A stretch of DNA of 64,000 nt, taken from assembly GCA_051294375.1 (NCBI GenBank), contig CM119264.1:7027814-7091813 (forward strand), in the 5' to 3' direction. The position numbers and the translations under genes were made by a program. Under the pieces are notes generated by a model, which searched no databases, was not told the DNA's origin, and saw only the letters and a list, made by a program, of their open reading frames with translations. Position 1 is the first letter of the stretch, and each line of letters starts with the position of its first letter. This document shows positions 27,641-41,798 of this stretch, piece by piece. The stretch is from Paraspadella gotoi (lineage: Eukaryota > Animalia > Chaetognatha).

Positions 27641-28515
27641 TTTTTTTAAATAAAATTATTATCGAATTAATTTATAAGTTTTACCAAAAGTGTGCGATCA
27701 TAGTAAACTGTAAAAAATTTAGATTATGGCTTCTCAACTTTGAAAATAGCTTTGATATTTTCTTATTACATTTGGATTTTAAGTATTTTTTGTTTGAAAT
27801 TTTCCACTTCCATATGATTTACTTGCCAAATTATGAAAATGAGATTTAGTACTCATTATAATATCCAATAGTATATAGAAATGCTATTTAAGCTAATTAC
27901 ATATTGCAGTATATTTAATATTTATTTTTATCGTTTATGCAAATAAATTGTTTCTTTTATTTCAGAAAAAAAAGTTTTATCTTTTTTCTTCGGTGCTTAC
28001 GAACGTGTACGAGAGTATTTTATCAATTACGCCTACTCTTAAACAATTCAAATTGATCTGGCTTTAATTTTAGTGATTTCTTTGTTATATTTTCCTATCT
28101 TACGTTTAGAATTTTAATTAAAATATATTCCCTTTGTTTTAGAGAGAAGATGTGTGCCCAATTCCGCCTGTTGACGCTGCAGTGCGGCTGATTGTCGTTT
28201 GCGTCGCTGATCTTGACGTCGGCGTCACGCGACAAAGCGAGAGGGACGGAGCAGATTGCGCAGGCGTTATGCAAGCCAACCGTCGAAGCCATTGGATTCA
28301 AACAACGTTCCTTTCTTTTACTTCGCCCGGAGCGGGAGGCGAAAACTTGGGTCTCTTGACGGGACTGAGCGCCGCACGGAAGGAAAACGCTCGGAAAATG
28401 CATCTCTCTCTTTTNNNNNNNNNNNNNNNNNNNNNNNNNAGTAAAAGAATAAATAGGATTACAAAATGGTCTTAAATAAACCTAAATGTTTAGTTTATTA
28501 TCAAATTTTGATGTT

Positions 28516-28927
28516 CGAAGTATGTATCGTTTTGACTTTTGTTTTGTTTTTTTTTGTTTCATTTTAACTTTAGAAACAAATCTCAAATTTTTTTTCTTTT
28601 AAATTTCAGTCTAATGATGAGATACAAAGCATAGTATTAGTTACGATGCTTTTTTGTCGGGATCACTAATACAGTAAACCGCAAATCATTGATCTGGGTC
28701 AGGATCCTCGCGGTAAAGAGATCCTTNNNNNNNNNNGATCGAAGTATGTATCGTTTTGACTTTGTTTTTTTTTAAACTTTAGAAACAAATTTCAAAAACA
28801 ATTTTTTTTTTAAATTTCAGTCTAATGATACAAAGCATAGCATTAGTTACGAGCACAATTATACAATAATACAGTAAACCTCAAGTCATTGATCTAGGTC
28901 AGGATCCTCACGGTAAAGAGATCCTTT
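28516..28927 (+). repeat. Direct ~200-bp duplication flanking a 10-N gap (likely unmerged allelic overlap)
   Basis: 28516-28726 approximates 28739-28926. The same pattern occurs at 25166-25265 vs 25276-25375. Confidence 0.85.
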
Positions 28928-30544
28928 TAATTTCGTGACGTGACCGAAAAGTGGTCAAATCTCCGAAGATCATCGGCGTCGAAAGGGAAGAGAAAATGGG
29001 TGCTTTGGGGTTAAACGTCGGCGTGAAGAGCCTTCATGAGATTTGGATTGGAGTCCTTGGAGGGGTGAGAAGGCCAGGGGGTTGTGGCGATGGCTTGGGG
29101 TGGCTTGGGGGTTAAGGGTGGCGTGGATGACGGGGGTGGAATGGGTGGCATTGTTGACCTGAGATGCATTTGAGTCGTGGGGTATACGACGGTATAGTAA
29201 GTGATTTGGCGAGGTTGGATAAAAAGGGACAGCGGTGTCAGATCGCAACAAATTTCCTCATTTTAAATTTCCAATCTGGCGTTCGATACATAGCTAGGTA
29301 TTTGGGGAAACAGTACTATTGCTCTTTCTTCGCTATTTCACTATTTTTTTACTATCAGTGTACGTGAATGACTGTTTCTTCTAAGTTGTTCTTCGATTTT
29401 AATGCGGACTTAAAACTTCCTTCGACTCAGACGTCACCCTTTCCTCTCTCACGCGTTTGAATCAAAAACGTCGAGAGGCGAAAATGGATGGCAACCGATG
29501 GCAACTGACGGCAAATGGTGGCAACCGAGGGTCCATGAATTCCGTGCTGATTCTATGGGCCGACTCCTGATGACTGAATATTATGGAGATGCGTTTTGGG
29601 CGAAGAGGAAAAATCATCTTCAAAGGGTGGGACGGTGGGAGAGGGGGTAATGGGGTAATGGGGTAGGAGGGTGTTGCCTTGGGGGGGGCGGAGGGCTGAC
29701 GAGGAAGGCGTCTATTTATTGAGGAAGAGGCGCGAGTAGTTATTTGACGCAGCGATCTTAGGATGTTTTTTGGAATGGGTGGAAAAAAAATTTGTCGAGC
29801 TTCGAATTCTGGAAAGTTTCCAAAACTCTAGGGTTTCTCGTTACGTTGTTTCCGATTTGTTTTTTGTTTTGTTTTTTTGTGTTTTTTTTCGTTATTCGTC
29901 AATGGGCTTTGTTGCTGTTTTGTTTTGTTTATACATTCGTTGTTTTGTCTGATGAGGGTTTTAAAAAAACTAAATTAATTCATTTGTTTATTGGAACAAA
30001 TTCAACTGCAGCACGAAACAAACCTTAGGAGCAAGAATTCGGTTTATCCTTAAATTTTAAACCTTGGACTGCAAAAGTCATGACACAACTACTATTATTT
30101 TAAAGGCTATCTTAGCAATTCAGCACCATTGATCCAAATATTCCTGGAGAAAAAGTGACTTCTCGGTTTAAAAGCGGTAATATTGAGCTAAGAAAACAAG
30201 ACGATCGAAGNNNNNNNNNNNNNNNNNNNNNNNNNNNNNNNNNNNNNNNNNNNNNNNNNNNNNNNNNNNNNNNNNNNNNNNNNNNNNNNNNNNNNNNNNN
30301 NNNNNNNNNNNNNNNNNNNNNNNNNNNNNNNNNNNNNNNNNNNNNNNNNNNNNNNNNNNNNNNNNNNNNNNNNNNNNNNNNNNNNNNNNNNNNNNNNNNN
30401 NNNNNNNNNNNNNNNNNNNNNNNNNNNNNNNNNNNNNNNNNNNNNNNNNNNNNNNNNNNNNNNNNNNNNNNNNNNNNNNNNNNNNNNNNNNNNNNNNNNN
30501 NNNNNNNNNNNNNNNNNNNNNNNNNNNNNNNNNNNNNNNNNNNN

Positions 30545-30581
<37 letters not shown>

Positions 30582-31102
30582 CAAGAAGGACGCCATCCTC
30601 TTTCTCGTTTCCGGCCAGAATCTTCTTTGTTATGCTTATGGACCTTTTCTTTCCTTTCCTCCCCTCTTTTCTTCGCCTCAATCTTTTTTTCTCCCTTTCC
30701 TCCGTTTTTTTTTTCCTTTTTCCTTTCTCTGCCCAGTCTTCACCCGCTTTCTGTACGTAATTTTTTTTTCTTAATTTCCTTCTCACTTTTTTTTTCTCTC
30801 CTTCCCCCCCCCCCAATTTATTCTGTTTTTTCTCTTGTCCTCTCCTTTTCCTCTCCTTCCTTTTTGTTTTTCTTTCCCCTTGTTTTTTTCCTCCTTTTCT
30901 TTCTTTTTGCTCCCTATGTTTTCCTCCTCGTATCTCCTCCATTTCTTCTTCTATTTTTCTTCTTTTTGCTTCCTCTTTTTTATTTTCTTCTATGACTTCC
31001 TCTTTTCTTTTTTTTCATTCTATATCTTCTCGCCTTTGCTAATATTCTACTCCTCCTCATTCTCTTATGCTTCCAAACCGTTCATCCAACACTCCTACAT
31101 TT

Positions 31103-31135
<33 letters not shown>

Positions 31136-33142
31136 NNNNNNNNNNNNNNNNNNNNNNNNNNNNNNNNNNNNNNNNNNNNNNNNNNNNNNNNNNNNNNNNN
31201 NNNNNNNNNNNNNNNNNNNNNNNNNNNNNNNNNNNNNNNNNNNNNNNNNNNNNNNNNNNNNNNNNNNNNNNNNNNNNNNNNNNNNNNNNNNNNNNNNNNN
31301 NNNNNNNNNNNNNNNNNNNNNNNNNNNNNNNNNNNNNNNNNNNNNNNNNNNNNNNNNNNNNNNNNNNNNNNNNNNNNNNNNNNACGCACGGACTCAAAAG
31401 CTCACTGGATATTTTGGTCTGAAAGTTTCATATTTCTTTTTTTCCCTTCTCCCTCCTTCTCAGCTTTACCCGCCTTCTTTGGTGGCCTTGCTTTCTTGGA
31501 GTTGCTTTCCTGAAATCCTTTTATTTTTCTATTTTTCCGATCAAACTTATTTATATTTAAAGGAAATTTTCTCGCACGTTGAATTTTTGAGATGCGTCCA
31601 CGACTCGACGTTTCATTGGAACGATTCTATTTAATGATATGTACTATATATTTTTTATTCTTAACTTATATCAAATTAATTTTAAATATTAATAAATAAC
31701 AATATAATTTAAATATTTTGCTCCGAAAAATATTAAAAATTATTATTATTTATTAAAAATTGTTAATAATTAATATATTACTTTTTAAAATGATAATAAA
31801 AATGAGAAAGATATGGACGCATCGTCTTGAGTCAAGGTTTCTCCTCTTCTCGATCGAGGGATTTGCGTCTGGATAAAAGAAAAACCTTGAGCATCGACCG
31901 CCATTTTCTGCATCTGCCGGTGTAGAGGATTCACCTCTGCATCGGACGGCATCTGTCAGCATCTCCCTCGATCCCGCGAGGCTTAGCCGTCCGCATAAAC
32001 CGAGTCTTATTTACGCAGCCACTTTACTTTCGTTTATTTACCTTCGACCGTCGTTNNNNNNNNNNGGCGGCGGCGGCGCTTCCCGTATGTTTATTTCTCT
32101 CGGGCCAGATCTATCGAGATATTAAAATCCTTCCTCCTCTCACTTTTTTATTTCTTATCTTATTTTAAAAACGCGTTAAAATTCAGTCTTTTTCGCTCTT
32201 TTTTATTTTCAGGAAGGTATCTTTAGTTTAGTACTTTTAGTTATAGATTTAGAATTTGGGGTTTTTTTTTAATTTTTTTATAAATATTTCGTTTGCTTTC
32301 TGATCTCTTTTCCGCTCGCTATGACTGTCTTTGTCACCATCACAATGTTTCTTCCATGTTCCACTCAGTCCTTTTTCCGAATGTCCTTCAAAATGTCATC
32401 CTTGCTCACTCGTTTCTATTTCCTTCTGGGTGTCAGACCGTCTCTCTCNNNNNNNNNNNNNNNNNNNNNNNNNNNNNNNNNNNNNNNNNNNNNNNNNNNN
32501 NNNNNNNNNNNNNNNNNNNNNNNNNNNNNNNNNNNNNNNNNNNNNNNNNNNNNNNNNNNNNNNNNNNNNNNNNNNNNNNNNNNNNNNNNNNNNNNNNNNN
32601 NNNNNNNNNNNNNNNNNTCTTTTCCCGCCTTCTCGTAATGTCCTTCGGAAAGTCATTTTCTTCGTCCATCTCTTAACTTTTCTCCCACCAACTTTTTCTT
32701 TCCTCCGTTTTTTTTTNNNNNNNNNNNNNNNNNNNNNNNNNNNNNNNNNNNNNNNNNNNNNNNNNNNNNNNNNNNNNNNNNNNNNNNNNNNNNNNNNNNN
32801 NNNNNNNNNNNNNNNNNNNNNNNNNNNNNNNNNNNNNNNNNNNNNNNNNNNNNNNNNNNNNNNNNNNNNNNNNNNNNNNNNNNNNNNNNNNNNNNNNNNN
32901 NNNNNNNNNTCTCTTCTCCTCTCTCTCCTCCTCCTTTCTTCCTCTCTTCCCGTAATTTCTTTGGACTCATTTTGCTTGGCCCCTACTTCTCTTCCCGCCT
33001 CCTCCCTACTCCCTCCTCCGCCCGCCCCCTTCATTCTCTTTCGCTCTCCTATCATCGATTTTGTTTCATTTTTCGCCGCGTATGCGTGGATTCTCCTCTC
33101 TCTCCCCTCTCCCCTCTCTCTTCTCTCTTCTCTCCCTCTCTC

Positions 33143-33181
<39 letters not shown>

Positions 33182-33407
33182 CTTCGTCATGATTAATTTT
33201 CTCGAATTGAGGCGTCGGATTCACAGCCTGTCGTGTCTCGGTTTCTCTCTTGATCCTTCAACGTCGACTTCGACGTCGTCTTCCGACATACGACTTCGTC
33301 GCCCCCCCCACTTTCTACTAGGCTTCATCCACCTTCGACGGGGTGGGAGTCTACTCCCACCCTCGTCGAAGTTTGTCGCCTCTATCACATCCCTATTTTC
33401 ACTTATA

Positions 33408-33566
33408 TGTAGTCGGTCATTGCATATATAATATAGGGCTATATAGGGTTATATAGGGTTATATAGGGTTATATATATATAATATATATATATATATAAT
33501 ATATATATATATATTATATATTGCCTATAAGTATGACGGGGTGAACTTATGCAATGCCCGACTACA
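33408..33566. mobile_element. Small MITE-like element
   Basis: 19-bp inverted termini TGTAGTCGGTCATTGCATA / TATGCAATGCCCGACTACA (1 mismatch) enclosing ATATAGGGTT repeats and (TA)n. No clear TSD. Confidence 0.6.
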
Positions 33567-34210
33567 ACGTCGACTTTTCTATCGCTTTTTTTTTACTTTC
33601 AAACCTAAAATAAGTTACGCTTAGTTTCAATGTCACCAAAACTCATCATTATCTCAATCATTCTTTTTAACATTTTATATCCAGCCCCCCTCCTTTCTAC
33701 TGGTTATGCCTTAACCGTACAACATATTCGCCACTTGATCATAGCAATACATAACCCTGGCCCTGGGATTTATAGTCGTCGTCGTCGTCGTCGTCGTCGT
33801 CAACATCAAAATCTTCAACAACGGTCGAACTTTCTCGGTTTCTTTTCTATCCTCTATTGGTGTTCTTATTCTATTCTATTCTATTCTATTCTATTCTATT
33901 CTATTCTATTCTATTCTATTCTATTCTATTCTATTCTATTCTATTATAAATTATTAACCACTCTCCTGCTGATCATGCCCACCCCATTCTCCTACTTTTT
34001 TCTCCTTCCTTGTTCTCCTTCTTCGATCTCCATTTCTCCCTCATAAAAACGACGCATTGACTTTCGACGTCATTATTGACGGCGACATTGACGCCGCGGC
34101 GACATGCCGGCAAGGCGGCGGCGAAGGACGGGCAAGTCGTCGTTCATCAGTTCAAAGGCGACCTCGTTCCGCACTTCTTCGCGAAGTCTGACCTCGTTCG
34201 GTGTCTTCCG

Positions 34211-34264
<54 letters not shown>

Positions 34265-34944
34265 TCTTAGCGATGATCAAATGTCGTTGTAATTTTCGTC
34301 GTCGTTGTTGTCATCGTCTCGACGTTTTTCCAATATTTCATCGCAAATCTTTCCTCATTTCCTTCGTCGCCGTCGTCGTCGTCGTCGTCGTCGTTCTTCC
34401 TCCACAAACCTCTTATTCCCTCCACAATTTTCCTTTAAATGCGCCGACGACGACGACGACGACGACGACGACGGGGGAAAGACGACTTCGCCGCTGGCAT
34501 TTACAATTGCGACGACGACGATGGCGACGACGACGACGAAAATATGTATTAATGCTCGGCGAATGGTAAAAGTTTAAAATCTCTTCATTGCTTTTTTTTC
34601 TTTTAATAATTAACTTCCTCTACCCCTGATGACCGAGTTCCAGCGATACATACAATTATATTATACATACATACAGCGATACATACAATTTTGTTTATGA
34701 TTAACATCCGAAAGTTTTCTAATCATCATAAGTTCTTTTATTCACAATATCTTTACATTTTAACAATGAACGTTTTATTACGAAATTTTCTCGGTTAGGG
34801 CGTTCACTCCAGTCGAAAAAAATAAAAAATAAAAAGGTTTTTCTACTAAAAACTCACTTTTTTTTCCAACCTTCCCATTACTCAAGATTAGGATTGAACG
34901 ACTGGGAAAAGAACGGGGAGAGTTTAAACCGCTTAATCGAATGT

Positions 34945-35435
34945 ATACGGTACGCGGTACTTCGGGATGCTGCGCGGTGCTTTGCGGTCCTACGTAATGC
35001 TACGCTGTTCTGCCCGGTACGACGCGGTGTTATGCGGTACTCAGCGGTGTTATGCGGTACTGCGCGGTACTACGCAGTACTTCATATTATTTCGCGGTAC
35101 TACGCCGCACTACGCCGTCTTACGCGATACTTGGCTGAGCTACGCGGTGCTACGCGGTATTTCGTCGTGCGGTACTCTGCGATAGTACTATATGCTACGC
35201 GGCGCTATCGAAAATCCCGGTTTTTCGCTTCGCCTCATAAATTTTCCCGAATTGCTACAGAAATGGGTTTTCTTCCTTTCAACCTGCGCCAGGCTGGAAA
35301 TTTCTTGCTCCTCGCTTCGCGGCGCCGGGACATTCTTGCTTGTCGGCGCCGTGGCATTCTAGTTTCGCGACGCCGCGGCATTCTTGTTTCGCGACGCCGC
35401 GGCATTCTAGTTTCGCGACGCCGTGGCATTCTTGT
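34945..35435 (+). repeat. CpG-rich tandem arrays: ~10-bp tacgcggtac-type (34945-35205) and 24-bp cgccgcggcattcttgtttcgcga-type (35322-35435)
   Basis: Direct inspection. Confidence 0.8.
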
Positions 35436-36344
35436 CTTTCGGAGCCTGATTATTTTTAGTTTGTGGTGCCTCGGTGATGAACCGCGCCCCTTAACCTATT
35501 CTTTTTTTCAATCATCATCGGTCCATCATCACTTAACCCCGGACGTCATGAATTATAAATTATTTACAATTATGAGCCAAAAGGATTATATGTCACATTA
35601 AAATGACATAACCGTAATTGTCTTTTCATTGTCAACGCGGAAACAGAAATCGATGATCCATTGTATGCGGACATTTTAATGTCAGATACCCCTTCTCAGA
35701 ATGTGATTCAGGAGGCCTTTGTTGTCATCCCCTTCGTTGCCCAGGTATTCAGCGATCCACGGCTCAAACACGTTTTTCACTATCAGCTATACTATCAGCT
35801 ACTTATCAGCCTCGATCAGGCTCGTGCATATAATAAACTCCAGCAAGGATTGAGTGTTTTTGAATTTTTTAAATTAAAATTTTATTCATCTGTGATGTAA
35901 AAAATGACAAACAAAAATCAACACAAAAAAACAAAAGATACTCGAGAGAATCTCAATTCATCTCGAACAGATTCCTCACTCTCAGACAGCAACCACCAAG
36001 GCGACTCACGTTCGCCCAAGGCGCCTCACCCTAGACGCCCCACCCTTCTAAGGCGCCTCACTCTAGACGCCCACCTTCAAGGCGCCTCATCTAGAACGCC
36101 ACAACTCCCGGTTATGAATTCAGGGTCCGGGATGCCGGATTCTTGCCTCGCGAGGGGATCGACCAACAATGGGAGGGAGAATGAAGAATTATTGCCAGTT
36201 GTTCAGGCCCTGCGCCACTCGCGGAGTTGGCATCGGGGCGAGGAAGGGGGGATAAGAAGGGGAGAGGGGGGAAGGGGGAAGAGAAAGGGGGAGAGGGAAG
36301 GATGGGGGGAAGAGGGGGGGAAAGCAGGAGAGAAATCAGTTGTG

Positions 36345-36379
<35 letters not shown>

Positions 36380-36666
36380 AGAGAGAGAAGAGGAAAGTGG
36401 AAAGGAAGAGAATTGGAAATATAGATTTAAAAATTAGTTTCAGTAGAACGGGAAGGGAAGAGACAGAAAGATGCGTATAAATCGGCGAGCAGAAAAAAAA
36501 AAGTAAAATTCTTTTAAAAAAGCAAGAAAGAAAAAAAGAGAGAGAAAAACTGGGAAAAACGAGAAGGGAGACCCGAGGCAGAGAAAGGAAGTAAAAAAAA
36601 TTTTTTTGGAAGAAAATATATATAGTGGAGAAGCGAGAGAGAGAGAAGAGAGAGAGAGAGAGGAGT

Positions 36667-36697
<31 letters not shown>

Positions 36698-37087
36698 GAG
36701 AGAGAGAGAGACTCCCCCGCGGCATTTTTATTGCGAGACAGGGGTTGTTGCTGATCCTATCCGTCACTTGCTTAGTTCCAAAGACAGAAAACACTTTTTC
36801 TCGCTTTTGTGTTATGACGTAAAACAGAGTTTTTTTTTATTTTATATCTCCTCGGCCTATTTGTTGTTGATGTTGCGTCGTCGTCGTCGTCCGTCAGAAG
36901 AATAGAGATTAGAGATATAGATATCGTTGGTCGTCGTCCGTCGTACAGGCCAGCTTCACGACCTTAGACTATAGTTTGTTTGATGGATTTAAGCGTCGAA
37001 TTCTCAACACTCCAATGATATTGGTTAAGAAAGGAAGGGGGTTAGTAGAGAGAGAGGAGAGAGAGTGGAGATGAGAGAGAGATAGAG

Positions 37088-37124
<37 letters not shown>

Positions 37125-38984
37125 TAATGACTTGTTCAATCAAGAAATGAAGACGATCAAGATATTCGAAGATTCTCAGATAAGCGAAATTCTTCTTCAT
37201 TCTCATTTCTTTATGGCTCACTGATTTCTGAATTCAGTTAGTTTTGTAAGTTTAGTTAGTTAGTTAAGAAGTTAAGTTAGTTCTATTGATCTAGTTGTAG
37301 TTAGTTAGTTAAGTTAGTTAGTTAGTTAGTTAGTAGTTTAGTTTTAGAAAATTTTCTTACGTTTAGTTCGTCTCGTTTCTTTTCTCCCTTCTATATTTCA
37401 TTCCTTAATTCATTTCCTCTTTCACATTTTTTTCCTTCTATTTTCTCTATCACTTTGCTCTCCTCTTTTTCCTTTCAAATTCCCCAACCAAAGGAAAAAG
37501 GATCCAAAGCGAATAAAATTACAAATCTATAAAACACTCATCTCCCAAAATAAGTTTTCCTGTTTTTTTTAGTTTGTCTTTTTTTCCAAGAAATGGTTTG
37601 TCAAAAAAATGAGACGTCGCCTTTTTTTTTTTGGTTGGAGAGAAAAATTGAAGTGAAATTCGGATACTTAAACCAGAACGATCAAAACGAGAGAGAAAGG
37701 AGCAAAGGGCGATTGACACCGGTGATAGGTATCCACGGGGAGCGACGTTCAGAACGTTCTGTGATCGGACGTCTGTGAGAGGTTGAAGGTGGAGGAGCAG
37801 AATGGCATCTGTGGGGGAATGAACCCCGAGCGACCCCATCGATTGGAACCAGCGGGCCAAGTATGGAGTGCCCGCGAGCGACTATGGCCCGGCCTGCGCC
37901 AAGCATCGTGGGCTCACGAATAGGGGTGCCGAGAGGTAAGTTATGAGTATTAGCAGAGACAAGTAAGGTAGAAGAGTATATATGGATTAGAAGAGTCCCA
38001 ATAGTCTGAGGAGATGGTCAGAGGGTTATAGTTGATCAAAACATGTCTATAGTTTTGAGTATACACCGAATATGCGCAAATTTCAAATAGCGAGCTTAAT
38101 AATAAATATTATTCCAAGATAATTTATATTCAAAGCCAGGTACCAGGTCCTGCTCATGTTATAAATCTTGTGATGGATGCTTAAACCCTCCATACTAGTC
38201 CATAGTCCATAGTCGCAAATACTAGTCATTAGTGCCACTAAGTACTGTACCAAAGTCACAATGGGACGTGAGAAAGCTGATGGACTTTTTATTCTCGAAC
38301 GCATGACATTTTTATATTCTCAAATAAGAATTGTTCTATTTGAGACAATGCTGCATTGACGTCGGAGAGTATATCTGCCACGGGAGATAAAAGGTGGCCA
38401 AGACATGGAAAGGAGCAGCAGTATATCCGCATGCCGACAGTGGCTTTGACGAGTTCCCCTGCCCTACAGTCGAGGAAGCGGATATGGACGCTGGTCATGA
38501 AAATCTGCACTACTTGGTAGGAAAGACGAAACGTGCAGTATCACCGGTAAGACTGAATCAAATTATGAGTATATCATAAAACTTCACGTCTTCCATATAC
38601 TTGTTGCTTCAATTGCGTAGTCACCCCGCAAAATAGATTATGAATATCAAGGTTAGATCACCTTCAGGTAATTTCAGAGACGCTCCCAACCAATGGCATT
38701 CCGTCGAATTGAGGAGGCGTCACAGGCAAAGTAGGATCCTGCTACGTGGTCGAAAACGCCAGCGTATGGGACTCCCGACGTACACCAACAAAGTCACCGA
38801 CACGAACGTCGTCAAATTCAGTCCATCCGATCGAAAGGACGGAATTGGCTTCAGGATTTTCGGCCCGTTTTTTATTTTTATTTTTTTTGCTGTAGTACAA
38901 CATCTGACAAACATCCGATCGAATTGGAACAACATATGCGTCGCGAGGATAAATAAGGGAAAGGGGGAAAAAAGTGGCTGAGTG

Positions 38985-39112
38985 GGTGGCGTGGGCTTGA
39001 AGGTGGTGTGGGTGTTGCGTGGGCTGAGGTGGTGTGGGTAGCGTGGGCTGAGGTGGTGTGAGTGGCGTGGGCTGAGGTGGTGTGGGTGGCGTGGCCCTGA
39101 GGTGGTGTGAGT
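38985..39112 (+). repeat. 24-bp tandem repeat ggtggcgtgggctgaggtggtgtg, about 5 copies
   Basis: Direct inspection. Confidence 0.8.
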
Positions 39113-39619
39113 GGAGGGAGTGGAACGACAATGAGGGAGGTGGAGGTAGAAAGTTGAGATGGGCGGGAATGGAGGACCGTGCAACGCAACGTGGGGTGCA
39201 GCGAGTTTGGCCAATGGGAACTTGCTGTTCATCCCCCCCCCCAAAANNNNNNNNNNNNNNNNNNNNNNNNNCGGTGACGTTGTCGGTGACGTTGTCGGTG
39301 ACGTTGGTGACGTCGTCGGTGACTTTGATACTTATTATATTGACACCTTTCATTAGAGTCCTTCGTTTCATAATATTCATCTTTATCATGTAACGTCCAT
39401 TTTTTTATGAAATTGTTATATAAACGAATATAAAAATTCATTGAAATAAAAAAGCTTTCTCGTCCCATGACTTTGGACAGACTATGGACTATGGACTAGT
39501 ATGGACTATGGACTATGGACTAGTATGGAGGGTTAAGGCATCCATCACAAGATTATAACATAGCAGGACCTGGTACCTGGCTTTGATATAAATTATCTGG
39601 AATAATATTTTATGAACTG

Positions 39620-39852
39620 TTTCAATTCAATTGTATAACATATAACATATTGATAGGGAAGCCAGGTACTCTGGGAGTGAATAAACGAGACTGTGAAAGG
39701 GTCTTGATTGAAAACTTGCAGGGACCTGCTATGTCATTATCTTGTAAGAGTGATGGAGGCCTTAAACCACCAAAGCCTGTCCAAAGTCAGGGGCAAGAAA
39801 GCTTATTTATTAAATGAATGGATAATTTTTATATTGGTTGTACCAATTTCAT
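39620..39852 (+). repeat. Dispersed repeat family, copy 4
   Basis: Near full-length match to 13148-13350. Confidence 0.9.
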
Positions 39853-40396
39853 ATACAGTTTCTTATAAATTTTAAATTCATTTTTGTCAATAACCTTTCG
39901 CATTACTCTCACTGCTGACCAAACCTGCTTCACGCCTTCTAACCGATGCTTGGCAAGGCCCTGTTGGTCGCCTCCATCCTTCCTTGCCCGCTTCCACAAC
40001 AGGGTCGCTCGGTCATTCCCCCCAGTGCATTCGCCTCTTTCGCTCGATGAAATTTTTAGTCGGTCGGTCTCCATCGCCTTCGCCTTTCTCTCTTGATCGT
40101 CTGGTTTAAGCCGAATTTCATTCAATTTTCTCTCCAACCAAAAAAAAAAAAAGCGACGTCTCATTTTTTTGACAGAACCATTTCTGAAAAAAAAAAACTT
40201 AAAAAAAGGAAACTTTTTTGGGAGATGAGTGGTTTTATAGATTTGTAAATTTTTATCGCTTTGGATCCTTTCCTTTGTTGGGGAATTTGAAAGGAAAAAG
40301 AGGAGAGCAAAGTGGATAGAAGGAAAATAGAAGGAAAAAAATGAAAGAGGAATATTAAGGAATGAAATAAGGAAGGGAGAAAGAAACGAACGAACT

Positions 40397-40487
<91 letters not shown>

Positions 40488-40679
40488 ACTAAAACTAACT
40501 AATTCAGAAATCAGGAGCCAAAATAGAAATGAGAATGAAGAAGAAATTTCGCGAGAATCTNNNNNNNNNNNNNNNNNNNNNNNNNACGAACGACGCGTTG
40601 CGTCGTCAAGGCGTTAAAAAAAAATTAAAAACCGGAAAGTTAGAGTTAAAGTGGTTCCCATAACTGCCCACAAATAAGG

Positions 40680-41764
40680 ACTCGGGTCCCATCGCGGACA
40701 CGCTAAAAGCCCCTCGGCAGGGGATCGATGGGAGATGCTGTGGAACATGATTTGATGCCGTCCGATGCAGGAGGTGGTGGGAATCCTCCCCTACACCGGC
40801 AGCGATGCAGGAGGGGAAAATGCGCCGGTCGATGTTGCCTCCAAGGTTTTTTTTTCTTTTTCTTTTTTAATCCCAAGCAGACCGAATTGATATCCTTCTC
40901 CTCTCGATCGATAGAAAGAGAAAGAAGGGGAAGAAGAAGGGGAAGGAGAGGAAGAAGAAACCTTCTGAACCTCAAGACGGAGTGCACCTGCGTCCATACT
41001 TTTCTCATTTTTTTATCATCCTTATTAAAAAGTAATATTATTAATTCCATTAACAATTTTTTAATAAAATAATAAAATTTTTTAATAATGTTTGGAGCCA
41101 ATATTTTAATATATATTATTCTATATATTAAAATTAATTTGTTGATATAAGTTAAAAATTAAAAAAAATAGTGTTATAATATTCATTAAATTAGATTTTA
41201 GAATTCATTCCCAATGTGGAAACGTTCGAATCTAGAACCCTGTGGACGCATCTCAAAATTCAACGTTACTCACGCATGTCACCGTTCAATACACCGTGCG
41301 AGGAAAAAAATTTCCTTTAAATATAAAATAAGTTTGATCGGCGAAAAAATAGAAAAAAATAAAAGGATTCTCAGGTGAAGCAAACTCCAAGAAAGCAAGG
41401 CCACGAAGAAGGCGGGTTAAAGCTGAGAAGTGAGGAAGAAGGGGAAGGAATATAATAAAAGAGAAATATTGAACCTTACAGGACCAAAAAATCCGTGAGC
41501 TTGTTGGGCCGTGCGTGGAAGGAGATGAGAGATGAGAGAGAGGAGACGAGACGAGAGACGAGAGAGAGTAAGTAAAAGAAATAAAGTAAACAGCGTGAAG
41601 GAATAAAATATAACGATAAGGATATATATATATATAGAAAGGAAAAAGTTTTGGGTGGAGAGGCTCATGAAGGATGACTGGGACAAAATATATTGGAAAA
41701 ATATTAATAAAAAAAAAAAAAGATGAGGAGGATAGAGAGTGAGAGAGGATAGGAGGAGGAGGAC

Positions 41765-41798
<34 letters not shown>

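Larger units (their letters stand above)
25095..28405. repeat. Inverted pair: 25095-25400 vs 28205-28405
   Basis: gcattttccgagcg...aagagacccaag...gaatccaatgg reappears reverse-complemented with indels just before the 25-N gap at 28415-28439. Confidence 0.85.
37140..40560. repeat. Inverted duplication 37140-38810 vs 39300-40560 around the 25-N gap at 39247-39271
   Basis: 37400-37700 matches rc 40085-40385, (TTAG)n mirrors (CTAA)n, and 38100-38320 matches rc 39420-39610. The left arm is progressively garbled by insertions. Confidence 0.88.

Noticed and set aside
34626-34660. Other CTGATGA occurrences (also near 1021, 29568, 29949)
   Set aside because: No stem II followed by GAAA, so not hammerheads.
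38280-38981. Complex-looking ORFs and splice-like sites
   Set aside because: The region appears to be an insertion-garbled mirror of ~39300-39470, i.e. low-quality read sequence.
37240-40500. (TTAG)n/(CTAA)n tracts as telomeric repeats
   Set aside because: Internal tetranucleotide microsatellite, not TTAGG/TTAGGG; the two tracts mirror each other within an inverted duplication.
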